Positions 48,683-58,589 of a stretch of DNA of 64,000 nt are shown here, one piece after another (positions within the stretch are counted from its first letter, which is position 1; each line of letters starts with the position of its first letter). The position numbers were made by a program, and so were the translations under genes. The DNA lies in contig CAXXMR010000027.1 in assembly GCA_963663805.2 (NCBI GenBank), forward strand, positions 32,001 through 96,000, written 5' to 3'. This DNA is from Sedimentisphaerales bacterium. Lineage in GTDB: Bacteria; Planctomycetota; Phycisphaerae; Sedimentisphaerales; SM23-30. The notes under the pieces were generated by a model. The model searched no databases. It saw only the letters and a program-made list of their open reading frames with translations, and was not told the origin of the DNA.

Positions 48683-49465
48683 ATGGCCTACAAACGTGGT
48701 TTTACGCTGGTTGAACTTTTAGTGGTAATAGCTATTATAGCTCTGCTTGTTTCAATTCTTTTGCCGGCTATTGGCTCAGCGCGAGAACAAGCCTATACAG
48801 TTCTCTGTCTGTCGAATCTGCGGCAGTGGGGGCTGGTGGTTTCCATGTTTACTGGTGACAATAACGATTTTTTCAATGAAACTCGTCTGGGCCATGCCAA
48901 GGAAACCTGGATATGGACTATGCGGGATTACTACATGGACCAGGATGATATTCGATTCTGCCCCAAGGCCCAGATGCCATTGACACAGGGAGGCCCTATC
49001 GAAAAACTTGCCTGGGGGCCCTATGATATCGACAACAACTCTGCCACGCCAGGAGATAGCGGTAGTTATGGCCTTAATGCCTGGAGCTATGATTTGCCCC
49101 AGGATCAATCAAATGCCTGGTATCCAGCCGAAAATTACTGGCGAACAATTAATGTCGCTAATACCGAAAATATACCACTATTTGCCGACTGCTGGTGGCG
49201 GGAAGGGAATCCTCGTATGGGTAGCCCTGCCCCTACCAAACAATGGCAGATGGAGGTTGCCCAGAATTATACCTTGGGTTTTGGGTATGAATGGGAAATG
49301 GCCCGTTTTTGTTTGGACCGCCATCGTGGAACGACATGTATGGTTTTTTATGACCTTACCGCGCGACAGATAGACCTCAAAAGACTTTGGGAACTTAAAT
49401 GGCATCGAAATTATGATACAACGGTAGCCCCTTCGGGCGGATGGCCCCAATGGATGGATAACTGA
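48683..49465 (+). CDS. Prepilin-type (DUF1559-like) pseudopilin
   Basis: [31 protein letters not shown]; degenerate RH-X-FYD. Confidence 0.88.
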   Translation: MAYKRGFTLVELLVVIAIIALLVSILLPAIGSAREQAYTVLCLSNLRQWGLVVSMFTGDNNDFFNETRLGHAKETWIWTMRDYYMDQDDIRFCPKAQMPLTQGGPIEKLAWGPYDIDNNSATPGDSGSYGLNAWSYDLPQDQSNAWYPAENYWRTINVANTENIPLFADCWWREGNPRMGSPAPTKQWQMEVAQNYTLGFGYEWEMARFCLDRHRGTTCMVFYDLTARQIDLKRLWELKWHRNYDTTVAPSGGWPQWMDN

Positions 49466-49721
49466 TATCCTTCTTTCACGCCCAGCATCAAAATCATTCC
49501 GATTCACTCTCAAATCGTTTTTTTATGAAATGTGTACTATATCACCTTCCTTGAACGATTATTCTCGAAAAAGTACTATATAGTATAGTTTGTAGTCTCA
49601 AAAAATCGAAAAAAACGTCTTTTTTTCTCCAAAAACTCAAAAAAAGCCCCCAAAAAAGTCAAAAAATCCTTAACCAGACACCATAATCCAAACTTATACC
49701 GAAAAACTACCAGAAGTGCGC

Positions 49722-49824
49722 AAAAAAAAGCACCCGGAAAAGACTTTCGTGCCTGACTCCCTCTCCCAGCCTCTCTCTCTCTAGAACCGGGCAGCACGCT
49801 TAGCATCTCTCTCCCAAGTGCTGT
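49722..49824 (-). ncRNA. Candidate AG-rich small RNA
   Basis: TTGACA-17-TATATT promoter at 49857-49829, two hairpins with GAGAG loops, ends in T8. Confidence 0.55.
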
Positions 49825-49965
49825 AGTAAATATAGCCCAGGCCTTACTGCTTGTCAAATGAATTTTTACGTTTTGGACAATTATCTGGACCTTAACGCTC
49901 CCCAGCTTTATCATATTTATGCACCAGGATGGACCTGCGTGTAACATTAAACTGGAACCATAGTT

Positions 49966-50466
49966 ATGACGCCCAATAAATTTGTCAGAGCCGTTTTTCC
50001 CGGCTCTTTTGACCCGATAACCAACGGCCATATTGACGTTATTCAGCGGGGACGCAAAATTTTTGATGAATTAATTATCGCTGTCGGCGACCATCCCACC
50101 AAAAATCCGTTGTTCACCGGCACCGAGCGAGTCGAGATGATTGGCGAGCTTATCACCGACTGGCCCGATGTATCTGTCGAAAGATTTACCTGCCTAACTG
50201 TTGACTACGTAAAGAGTAAGAACGCCGACGTTATCCTCCGCGGCCTGCGAAATCTCACCGATGTTCAATATGAATTCGAGCTGGCCCTGACCAACCGGGC
50301 CGTCGCCGGCATCGAAACCGTATTCATTATGACCGGCGAAAAGCACGGATTCACCACCTCAACTCTCATCAGAGAGATCGGCAGGTACGGCGGAGATGTC
50401 TCAACTTTAATTCCCACACCGGTTTACGAGCGGCTCACCAAAAAACTCCAGGCCGGGAACAAATAA
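49966..50466 (+). CDS. coaD: Pantetheine-phosphate adenylyltransferase
   Basis: PGSFDPITNGH, RGLR, D..YE...N. Confidence 0.97.
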   Translation: MTPNKFVRAVFPGSFDPITNGHIDVIQRGRKIFDELIIAVGDHPTKNPLFTGTERVEMIGELITDWPDVSVERFTCLTVDYVKSKNADVILRGLRNLTDVQYEFELALTNRAVAGIETVFIMTGEKHGFTTSTLIREIGRYGGDVSTLIPTPVYERLTKKLQAGNK

Positions 50467-50468
50467 AA

Positions 50469-50840
50469 ATGTTCTCCGTTACCGTAGAAACCAGTTTCCG
50501 GGCATCACACAGCTTGACCATGCCCGACGGCATAGAAGAGCCAACACACGAACATAATTGGAAAGTCCAGGCCACCGTCCAGACCGAAAAACTCGACCGG
50601 CACATGCTCGTTATGGACTTCCACCTGCTGGAAAACCTTCTAAATAAAGCAGTTACACCATTAACAAAAGTCGGCTCCATCAATAACGACCCCAGTTTCA
50701 TAAACCACAACCCCTCAGCAGAAGCTATCGCCGATTATATCCGCCGCCAAATTCAGAACACCCTACCCGAAAATGTTGAGCTGACCCAGGTAACCGTCTG
50801 GGAAACCACCACTTGCAGCGCTTCATGGCACAAGAGCTAA
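50469..50840 (+). CDS. queD: 6-carboxytetrahydropterin synthase family
   Basis: F.ASH, HEHNW, MDF, NPSAE, VWET; usual catalytic Cys not evident. Confidence 0.8.
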   Translation: MFSVTVETSFRASHSLTMPDGIEEPTHEHNWKVQATVQTEKLDRHMLVMDFHLLENLLNKAVTPLTKVGSINNDPSFINHNPSAEAIADYIRRQIQNTLPENVELTQVTVWETTTCSASWHKS

Positions 50841-50997
50841 TCCCCATTTTACTGCTTTTTTTATACCAGCCTTTATTCGGCAAGTAACCACAAGCTATTG
50901 ACGATATACGATTATGAGCCTATGATATTGTTAGGAAAGCGTTTTACATTTGCCGGAAAATGAAACACAACCTGAATTTTAACAGGGATTTATATAA

Positions 50998-51483
50998 ATG
51001 CGGTGCCAGCTTTGTGATAACCCAGCCACGGTCCACCTTACCGAAATAATCAATGGCGAAAAGACCGAGCGGCACCTGTGCCAGCAGTGTGCCGAGATCG
51101 AAGGCATCGCTATTAAATCCCCGGAAATCCCTATCACCGAACTACTTAACGACCTTGTGGCTGCCAAGGAACGCACTGAGGAGTTGGTTGACCTTAAATG
51201 TCCCAGTTGCGGGCTGAGCTGGATAGAATTCAGAAAAAGGGGACTGCTCGGCTGCCCTGACGATTACGAAGCCTTCGCTGAACCGCTGGGCCAGTTAATC
51301 TGCCAGACTCAGAATGGCGCAACTTCCCACCGGGGCAGGATACCGCGAAAATCAGCCTCTGACAGCTCTAATCAGGTTAATATCATCAACTTACGCCGAC
51401 AGCTGCAGCAGGCCATCGAAACCGAAGACTACGAAACTGCCGCCCATATCCGCGACGAACTGCGCAAAGCCGCGACGGAATAA
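50998..51483 (+). CDS. mcsA: Protein-arginine kinase activator
   Basis: CxxC motifs, LLGC, C-terminal UVR EDYETAAHIRD. Confidence 0.93.
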   Translation: MRCQLCDNPATVHLTEIINGEKTERHLCQQCAEIEGIAIKSPEIPITELLNDLVAAKERTEELVDLKCPSCGLSWIEFRKRGLLGCPDDYEAFAEPLGQLICQTQNGATSHRGRIPRKSASDSSNQVNIINLRRQLQQAIETEDYETAAHIRDELRKAATE

Positions 51484-51489
51484 AACCAC

Positions 51490-52540
51490 ATGGAAATTTC
51501 CGACCTCAGCCAAAGTTTAGGTGCCCTGGCTTACTGATACCGGTCCAATGAACGATGTTGTACTGTCATCAAGGATCCGGTTGGCTCGTAATATTCGCGG
51601 TTTTCTCTTCTTCGCTCAATCTGACCCGGAGGAGCAAGCGGAACTGCTTTCGTTTGTTTATGAGAAACTTCGCAAAACCGAGCTGGCTCAAAGCCTTTTC
51701 TTTTTCAACATGGACGACCTGTCGCCGATGGAAAGGCAAATGCTACTGGAACGTCATTTGATTTCCAGACAACTGGCGCGTGGTGACGGTGTTCGCGGGG
51801 TGGCGCTTGCGCCGGATGAGTCGCTGGCATTGATGATAAACGAAGAGGACCATCTCCCGCATCCAAAGCCTGAGCAGCGGTTTACAGTTACATGAGGCCT
51901 ATGAGCGTATTAACCGGGTCGATGATATTCTGGAAGAAGCGTTGGAATATGCTTTCTTCCAGTAAATACGGGTATCTTACGGCCTGTCCGACCAATGTGG
52001 GGACGGGCATTCGCGTGTCGGTTATGCTGCATCTGCCGGCATTGAAGATGGCTAATCAGATTGAGAAGGTTTTTCAGGCGGCTCGCGATATGAAGCTGGC
52101 GATTCGGGGTCTTTAACGGCGAAGGCTCGGAACCGGTGGGTGATTTTTATCAGATTTCCAATCAGATTACCCTGGGCAAATCGGAACATGAGATAATTGA
52201 GGAACTGGCACGGGAAGCGGTCGAACCCATTGTCAAATACGAACGGGCGGCACGTAAAAAGCTCTGTAGTAAGCGGACCTCGGCACTGGACGACAAAATA
52301 TTCCGGGCGCTGGGTGTTTTGACCAATACGCGAATGATAAGCACGGAAGAAACGATGTATATGCTAAGCTATCTGCGGCTGGGGGCACATCTCAATCATA
52401 TAAAAACGCCGCTGGAGACCATCAACCGGCTGTTCCTGCAAACCAAGCCGGGACATCTGCAATATATCTGCCAGTCAGAGCTGGAAACCGAGCAAAGAGA
52501 CACCGCCCGGGCGGATTTCATTCGAGCGGCCTTGCAATAG
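51490..52540 (+). pseudogene. mcsB: Protein-arginine kinase, with four frameshifts as assembled
   Basis: SSRIRLARN, NEEDHL, GYLTACPTNVGTG, YQISNQ in different frames. Confidence 0.9.
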
Positions 52541-52768
52541 CATTTTTTGGTATTGTCCCAAAAGCTGGGCAAGCAAAATGCGTTTAGCGTTTATGGGCTG
52601 CCGGCAGGCCAACCGAGAAGGCCCCAGAGTTACCCAGGGCCTCCTGCCGTATAGCCGGAAACACGGCGCCCGAGTCGCCCGCCTGCGTTGGGCTATCCTC
52701 CGTGATTCCAAGGGGATAGTAACCTTTGGGACGATAACAGAAAATTTAAAATCTGCTGCTGCACATAA

Positions 52769-54928
52769 TCAATCTACAGGCACAAGCTCCATTGTTCTGC
52801 CCGCCACATTAACGTCAACCAGCTTAACCTTGATTTCCTGACCAATATGATAAGGACAGTTTTCCGCAAATCCGCCTGCCGCCTTCGCCGGAGATTTCTG
52901 CCGCCGCCCCCGATGCTTGACCTTGGACTTGCTCTGCTTCTGCAAGCGAATATCCTCTGCCCGAATAAGTCCTTCTTCCAGAAACTTCTCCAGTTGCACA
53001 AACATCCCAAAACCCGTAACCCCGGTAACGATCCCCAACATCTCCTGGCCCACCCGCTTTTTGAGCATCTGCAAAATTTTAACTTTACGCAGTTCCCGCT
53101 CAGCGTCTTCGGCATTGCGCTCCCGCCCACTGCAATGAGTACCCAGCTCTTCCAACTGCCCATAATCCGGAAAATCCTTCGCGGTATTTTTCGTCAGCCG
53201 CCCTTCCAGATACGCCTGAATAAGCCGATGCACCTGCAAATCTGGATACCGCCGAATCGGACTGGTAAAATGACAGTAATGACGACTAGCCAAAGCAAAA
53301 TGCCCCATCGGGGCCGGCGAATATTCCGCCCGCTGCATACTCTTGAGAATCGCCAGATTTATCACAAACGATTCCGGCTTGCCCGCCGCCGCGTTGAGCA
53401 GCTGCTGAATCCCCTTTCGGTCGATATTCTGCGGAATAACATAACCACAAAGTTTCACGATTCGCCCCGCCTCGCCCATCGCCAGCGAATCAGGCTCAGC
53501 GTGAATCCTCCGCAAAAACGGAACCTGCAAACCGTCCAGCAGCCGCCCGGCTGCCTCGTTCGCTTCCAGCATAAACATCTCGATTAGAGTATGCGAAAAA
53601 GTATTACTCTCAGGCCGGGCATCTACCACATGCCCTTTATCATCATAAATCAACTCAGCTTTGGGTATCTCCAAAGTCAGCATACCGTCATCAAGCCGCC
53701 GTTTCTGAATTATCCGCGCCAGCTCACCCATCTGCTTAATCATGCTGACAACTTTACCGCTGAACCCTTTGGTCTTACCCTCCAGAATCAAATCCGCTTC
53801 TTCATAAGTCAGCCGCTTCGTCGAACGTATCAGACTGTTAGCGAACCGACTGCCCAGCACCTCACCAGCCTTGCCCAGCGTAACATAAGCCGTCTTCACA
53901 AACCGGTCCTTACCCTCCTGAAGCGAACAAATGCCGTTACTCAGCAGTTCCGGCAGCATTGGAATAACATGACCCGGCAGATAAACACTCGTAGCTCTAT
54001 CCTTAGCCTCATCACCCAGATGAGTCCCTTCTTCCACAAAATTACTCACGTCAGCAATATGAACCCCCAGCACCCACGTACCGTCCTTGTTCTTTTCGAT
54101 ACTGATAGCGTCGTCAAAATCACGAGCGTCATGCGGGTCGATAGTTATAATCATCGTATCGCGAATATCCTCGCGACCATCAAGCTTTTTAACCTGCCCA
54201 TCAAAACCATCCACCACCCGCCGGGTATCTGCCAAAGCCGAGCGGCTGAATTTCTCCGAAAGATTAAACCGGCTCACAATAGCCTTTAGTTCAACCGAAG
54301 AAACACCACTCCGCCCAAACTTCTCGACCACCACTCCCGTACCGAACAATTCCGGCGTAGGATAGGTCAGAATCTCGACCTGAACCTTATCGCCCGCCTT
54401 GACATTTTTCGCTGAGGGGTCATCAATAGCGATTCGCTCGGTAACCGCTCGTCCGTCCGGCTGAACAAACCACTGCTGACCATCCCGAAAAGCATTGCCG
54501 ACCACGTGAGTCTGAGCCCGGCTGAGCACCTCCACAATCTGGCCGTAAAGCCGCCGTTCGCCTCCCTTTCGCCCGCGCTCTGAAACCCTTGCTACTACTT
54601 TATCACCGCTGATAGCGTCCAGCATGGCTTCGGGCGGAATAAAAAGATCCCCCTGAGCGGTAGGATTCTCAGGTCGAACAAAACCAAAACCCCGACTAGT
54701 CACCGATAGCGTACCGGTCACCCGCTTACTCATCTGCGGCAGCGTAAGTGCACTGCCGGCCCCAATTAATATCCGTCCGTCAGCGATAAGCTGTTTGATA
54801 GCCTGGGCAAACTGCTCATATTCGTTATCCGAAACTTTCAGAGCACGCGCAAAAGCTTGCTGCTTTAGGGGAGCGTAGTCATTTTTACTCAAAAGCCGCA
54901 TTATTCGATTTGTAAATCTATCTGGCAT
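52769..54928 (-). CDS. rnr: Ribonuclease R
   Basis: GFGF CSD, TIDP.DARDFDDA, HFTSPIRRYPD, S1 domain. Confidence 0.95.
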   Translation of the reverse strand: MPDRFTNRIMRLLSKNDYAPLKQQAFARALKVSDNEYEQFAQAIKQLIADGRILIGAGSALTLPQMSKRVTGTLSVTSRGFGFVRPENPTAQGDLFIPPEAMLDAISGDKVVARVSERGRKGGERRLYGQIVEVLSRAQTHVVGNAFRDGQQWFVQPDGRAVTERIAIDDPSAKNVKAGDKVQVEILTYPTPELFGTGVVVEKFGRSGVSSVELKAIVSRFNLSEKFSRSALADTRRVVDGFDGQVKKLDGREDIRDTMIITIDPHDARDFDDAISIEKNKDGTWVLGVHIADVSNFVEEGTHLGDEAKDRATSVYLPGHVIPMLPELLSNGICSLQEGKDRFVKTAYVTLGKAGEVLGSRFANSLIRSTKRLTYEEADLILEGKTKGFSGKVVSMIKQMGELARIIQKRRLDDGMLTLEIPKAELIYDDKGHVVDARPESNTFSHTLIEMFMLEANEAAGRLLDGLQVPFLRRIHAEPDSLAMGEAGRIVKLCGYVIPQNIDRKGIQQLLNAAAGKPESFVINLAILKSMQRAEYSPAPMGHFALASRHYCHFTSPIRRYPDLQVHRLIQAYLEGRLTKNTAKDFPDYGQLEELGTHCSGRERNAEDAERELRKVKILQMLKKRVGQEMLGIVTGVTGFGMFVQLEKFLEEGLIRAEDIRLQKQSKSKVKHRGRRQKSPAKAAGGFAENCPYHIGQEIKVKLVDVNVAGRTMELVPVD

Positions 54929-55211
54929 AGCCGGTCATGATAACACAAGCAGTCAACAGGTACATCACTAAACCCCAAAAAAACGTCGTAAGTCTGGATT
55001 TTTTCGTATTTTTCGGCGTTTTTTTTGGGGGAAAAACGTGTTTTTTGGATTTTTTTGCGTTTTTTTGGATTTTTGGGAGAGTGGAACTGTACTATATAAC
55101 CTTTTTTGGGTGATTTTTCTTGAAAAAGTACGATATAGTATAGTTTTGTAAAATTTTGGACTTACGGCATTTTTTTCTTGATCTAACCCAACCGATGTTT
55201 TATACATATGA

Positions 55212-55229
55212 TTAAAACAAATGTTTGAA
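55212..55229. promoter_or_regulatory. Candidate TetR operator
   Basis: Near-palindrome TTAAAACAAATGTTTGAA just upstream of the TetR gene. Confidence 0.6.
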
Positions 55230-55244
55230 TTGTGAGTATTAAAT

Positions 55245-55901
55245 TTGGAAAATCATCATTGCCAACATAACGGCCCCTGCGAGAGACTCAAGCAAGCGGC
55301 GGAAAGACTTTTCTCCGAAAAGGGCTTCGACGCCACGACCACCCGGCAGATAACTCAGGCCGCCGGCTGCAACGTCGCCGCCGTAAACTATCATTTCGGC
55401 AGCAAGGAAAAGCTCTACCTGGAAATCTTCAAAGACCGACTTTCGGCCATGCGTAAAGCCCGCCTTGAAGCAATTTCGCTGGTTATGAACAGCTCTGAGC
55501 CCGCCCTCGAAAAACTCCTTAGCACCTTTGCCCATACGTTTTTAGAACCATTAATCCACCCTGAGACAGGTCGCGGGATACTGACTCTTATTCATCGGGA
55601 GATGCTCGACCAGCGTTTGCCCAAAGACCTTTTCTTCTGTGAAATGATTGGCCCCATGACTGAGGCTCTGGCCCAGTCTTTCATTTGCCTCTGCCCGTCG
55701 TTGACTACCGAGCAGTCAATGTGTTGTGTAACATCATATTTATCTCAGCTCCTGCACTTCGCCCATGTCAGACAGATGAACAACACTGAAAATACCCCTC
55801 ACTTCTTTCGCTCCGAAATTGACCATTACCTGAACCATATCACCAGATTTGTCGCCGCCGGCATCCGCAGCTATCAGGAAAGGCCCGCTGAAAATGGCTA
55901 A
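55245..55901 (+). CDS. TetR-family (CecR-like) regulator
   Basis: LFSEKGF..TTTRQI...AG.NVAAVNYHFGSKE. Confidence 0.92.
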   Translation: MENHHCQHNGPCERLKQAAERLFSEKGFDATTTRQITQAAGCNVAAVNYHFGSKEKLYLEIFKDRLSAMRKARLEAISLVMNSSEPALEKLLSTFAHTFLEPLIHPETGRGILTLIHREMLDQRLPKDLFFCEMIGPMTEALAQSFICLCPSLTTEQSMCCVTSYLSQLLHFAHVRQMNNTENTPHFFRSEIDHYLNHITRFVAAGIRSYQERPAENG

Positions 55902-57288
55902 AAATATTTTGATTACGTTTGCGTTCCTTTCTTTGACAACTTTTTATGGCTGTACTCATCAGGCGGGCCAGCCTCAGCCTCGCCTGGAAGTGCCCGCAGA
56001 ATTCACTCAAAGCGGCACTGAACCCCTGCCCGATAAATGGTGGCAGAGCCTGAACGACCCTCAGTTAAACGAGCTTATCGAGCAAGCCTTAAACGACAGC
56101 TTTACTCTGAAATCCGCCTGGGACCGTCTCAGTCAGGCTGAGTTAGCCGCCATCAAGACCGGCAGTTATATCCTGCCTGCCGCGACCTACTCAGCCGGTT
56201 ACGATCGCAGTCGTGTTGAAACCAACAGTACCACAACCTACCAAAGCGAATATTCCGCGGCCCTGGTGTTGTCTTACGAGCTGGACCTCTGGGGCAAAAT
56301 CCGCTCCGACCGCCAGGCGGCCCTTGAAGATGTCGAAGTGTCACGCAATTCCCTTTGCACTGCCGCGTTGACGTTAAGCTCCGCTATAGCCAAAACGTAT
56401 TTTCAACTGGCAGAAACTCAAGTTCAAAACCAAGTTTTGAACGCCCAGCTTAAAGCTAATCAGGACTATCTCCAAATCATCGAACTTCAGTTCTCTCAGG
56501 GTCTGGTCTGGGCCCCTGACATTCTCCGCCAGCGTCAGCTCATCGAATCGACCCAGGGTAAAATCATCCAGAACCATCAGCAGAACATCCTCCTCCAGCA
56601 CCAGTTGGCCATCCTCATCGGCCAACCGCCCGCATCTTACTGGAATGATACGGATTTTTTCCTGGCAGCACTCGGTTCATTGCCGGAAGTAACCCCTCCG
56701 TCCGTACTTCTCCAGCGTCGTCCCGATGTCCTCCAGGCCTTGCATAATGTCCGGGCCGCTGATTACCGGGCGGCTTCGGCTCTGGCTGACCGCTACCCTA
56801 CTATCTCTCTCTCGGCCTCGGGTCGAACTTCCGCCGAGCGTATCAGTGATCTTTTTGACGACTGGGCCGCCAATCTCGCCGCCGGTATCGCCGGGCCGCT
56901 ATTCGACGCGGGTCTGCGTGATGCCGAAGCCAAACGTCGTCAGGCCCTGCTGTCAGAAACCATTAACAATTATTCCCAAACCGTACTAACCGCTCTGGGA
57001 GAAGTTGAGGATGCGCTGACGCGCGAAAAATATCAGCGTGACTATCTCGTCAATCTCCATAAGCAGCTCGACTTGTCAAACCAAACTCTGGAACGCACCC
57101 GCGAACGTTATATAAGCGGCCAAACCGATTATCTCCGCGTCCTGGACGCGCTCATTTCCAGCCAGACTCTGCAATTAACCGAAGTTAGTGCCCGACGAGG
57201 CCTTATCGAAAACCGTATCGACCTCTGCAAATCACTGGCCGGGGCCTGGCAGATGAAAAAGCCAGACAAGCAAATCGCAAACTTTTAG
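55894..57288 (+). CDS. RND outer-membrane lipoprotein (NodT/OprM-like)
   Basis: Lipobox, WW...DPQL, SYELDLWG, RRPDV. Confidence 0.93.
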   Translation: MAKNILITFAFLSLTTFYGCTHQAGQPQPRLEVPAEFTQSGTEPLPDKWWQSLNDPQLNELIEQALNDSFTLKSAWDRLSQAELAAIKTGSYILPAATYSAGYDRSRVETNSTTTYQSEYSAALVLSYELDLWGKIRSDRQAALEDVEVSRNSLCTAALTLSSAIAKTYFQLAETQVQNQVLNAQLKANQDYLQIIELQFSQGLVWAPDILRQRQLIESTQGKIIQNHQQNILLQHQLAILIGQPPASYWNDTDFFLAALGSLPEVTPPSVLLQRRPDVLQALHNVRAADYRAASALADRYPTISLSASGRTSAERISDLFDDWAANLAAGIAGPLFDAGLRDAEAKRRQALLSETINNYSQTVLTALGEVEDALTREKYQRDYLVNLHKQLDLSNQTLERTRERYISGQTDYLRVLDALISSQTLQLTEVSARRGLIENRIDLCKSLAGAWQMKKPDKQIANF

Positions 57289-57324
57289 AATAACCCTTGT
57301 AAATGTTTTCGGAGCAAATTCCCT

Positions 57325-58533
57325 ATGAAAACCATGCTCAAGCTCATTATCGCTGCTGTAATCCTCGTTGGAGGGTTGCTTATCGCTCGCTATTACATCG
57401 ACACCAAACCTGAACCGCAGGCAAAAAAGCGTGGCAAAGATGCGACCATGGTAGAGGTTAAGGAACTCACCAAACAAAATCTCCCAGCCCGCGTTCAAGC
57501 GAACGGGACCGTCAAGCCCGCCCGGCAAATAACCGTTTCACCCGAAGTTACGGGGCGAATTACATTTATCAGCCCGGAAATTATTCCGGGCGGCCTTGTC
57601 AAAAAAGGTCAAACGCTGTTTACCATCGACCCGCGTGATTACCAGAGCATCCTTGAGCAGCGTAAAAGTACGCTGGCTACCGCTCAAAAAAACCTTAAAG
57701 TCGAACTGGGCAATCAGGAAGTGGCCCGCCGGGAATACGAACTGCTCGGTTCGTCGGTTACTGACTCCCAGAAAGCCCTGCTCTTGCGAGTCCCGCATTT
57801 GGAAAGTATCCGGGCGGAACTGGCCTCAGCTCAGGCCGCCCTGGATAAAGCCCTGCTGGATCTGGAACGCTGCACCGTTACCGCACCATTTAATGGTATC
57901 ATCGGTGAAAAATTTGTGGACGAAGGTGCCCGCGTAGCACCGGGCAGCTCCCTGATTACCCTGGTCGGGACCGACCAGTACTGGATAGAAGCCCTGGTTT
58001 TTGTTGACCAGCTTAAATGGCTGGAAATCCCCGAAAATCAGCAACAGAAAGGCTCGTCCGCTCAGGTGTTTTTTTCGGCTGGCTGGGGAGAAGATAAATC
58101 ACTGCCCGGCTATGTTCTGCGTGTCATTCCCGAACTGGAACAGTCTGGCCGGTTAGCCCGCATCCTGGTTGCCGTTGACGACCCTCTGGCACTATCGGAA
58201 CAATCACCTGCCGGTCAGCCGAAACTTCTGATAGACGCTTATGTCAGACTGGAGATTCAGGGACGAATTGTCGAGGATATTTATCCCATTCAGCGTGAAT
58301 ATATCCATGACGGTGATAAACTCTGGCTCATGGGCTCAGATAAAACCCTGCAATTCCACAAAATCAGCCCGTTGTTCAAAGACCGGGAGGTGGTTTATGT
58401 CAAGAATGGACTCAGCCCGGACCAGAAACTGATTACCACCAATCTTGCCGGCCCGGTCGAAGGGATGTCCTTGCGACTGGAAAACGACAACCCCGAAACC
58501 GCAACGGACAATTCTTCCCGGACTCAGCCCTGA
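57325..58533 (+). CDS. RND membrane fusion protein
   Basis: PEVTGRI, IDPRDY, APFNG. Confidence 0.93.
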   Translation: MKTMLKLIIAAVILVGGLLIARYYIDTKPEPQAKKRGKDATMVEVKELTKQNLPARVQANGTVKPARQITVSPEVTGRITFISPEIIPGGLVKKGQTLFTIDPRDYQSILEQRKSTLATAQKNLKVELGNQEVARREYELLGSSVTDSQKALLLRVPHLESIRAELASAQAALDKALLDLERCTVTAPFNGIIGEKFVDEGARVAPGSSLITLVGTDQYWIEALVFVDQLKWLEIPENQQQKGSSAQVFFSAGWGEDKSLPGYVLRVIPELEQSGRLARILVAVDDPLALSEQSPAGQPKLLIDAYVRLEIQGRIVEDIYPIQREYIHDGDKLWLMGSDKTLQFHKISPLFKDREVVYVKNGLSPDQKLITTNLAGPVEGMSLRLENDNPETATDNSSRTQP

Positions 58534-58589
58534 AGCGTTGTAAGCACAAACATATTTTTCGCACAATCAATCTGCGGAGTTAATTTTAT

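Noticed and set aside
49533..49680. oriC or NrdR boxes
   Set aside because: No TTATCCACA DnaA boxes noticed, no nrd genes nearby, and box spacing differs from NrdR tandem sites
52847..54289. Long plus-strand ORFs 52847-53587 and 53591-54289
   Set aside because: Antisense to rnr, favoured by the local base skew
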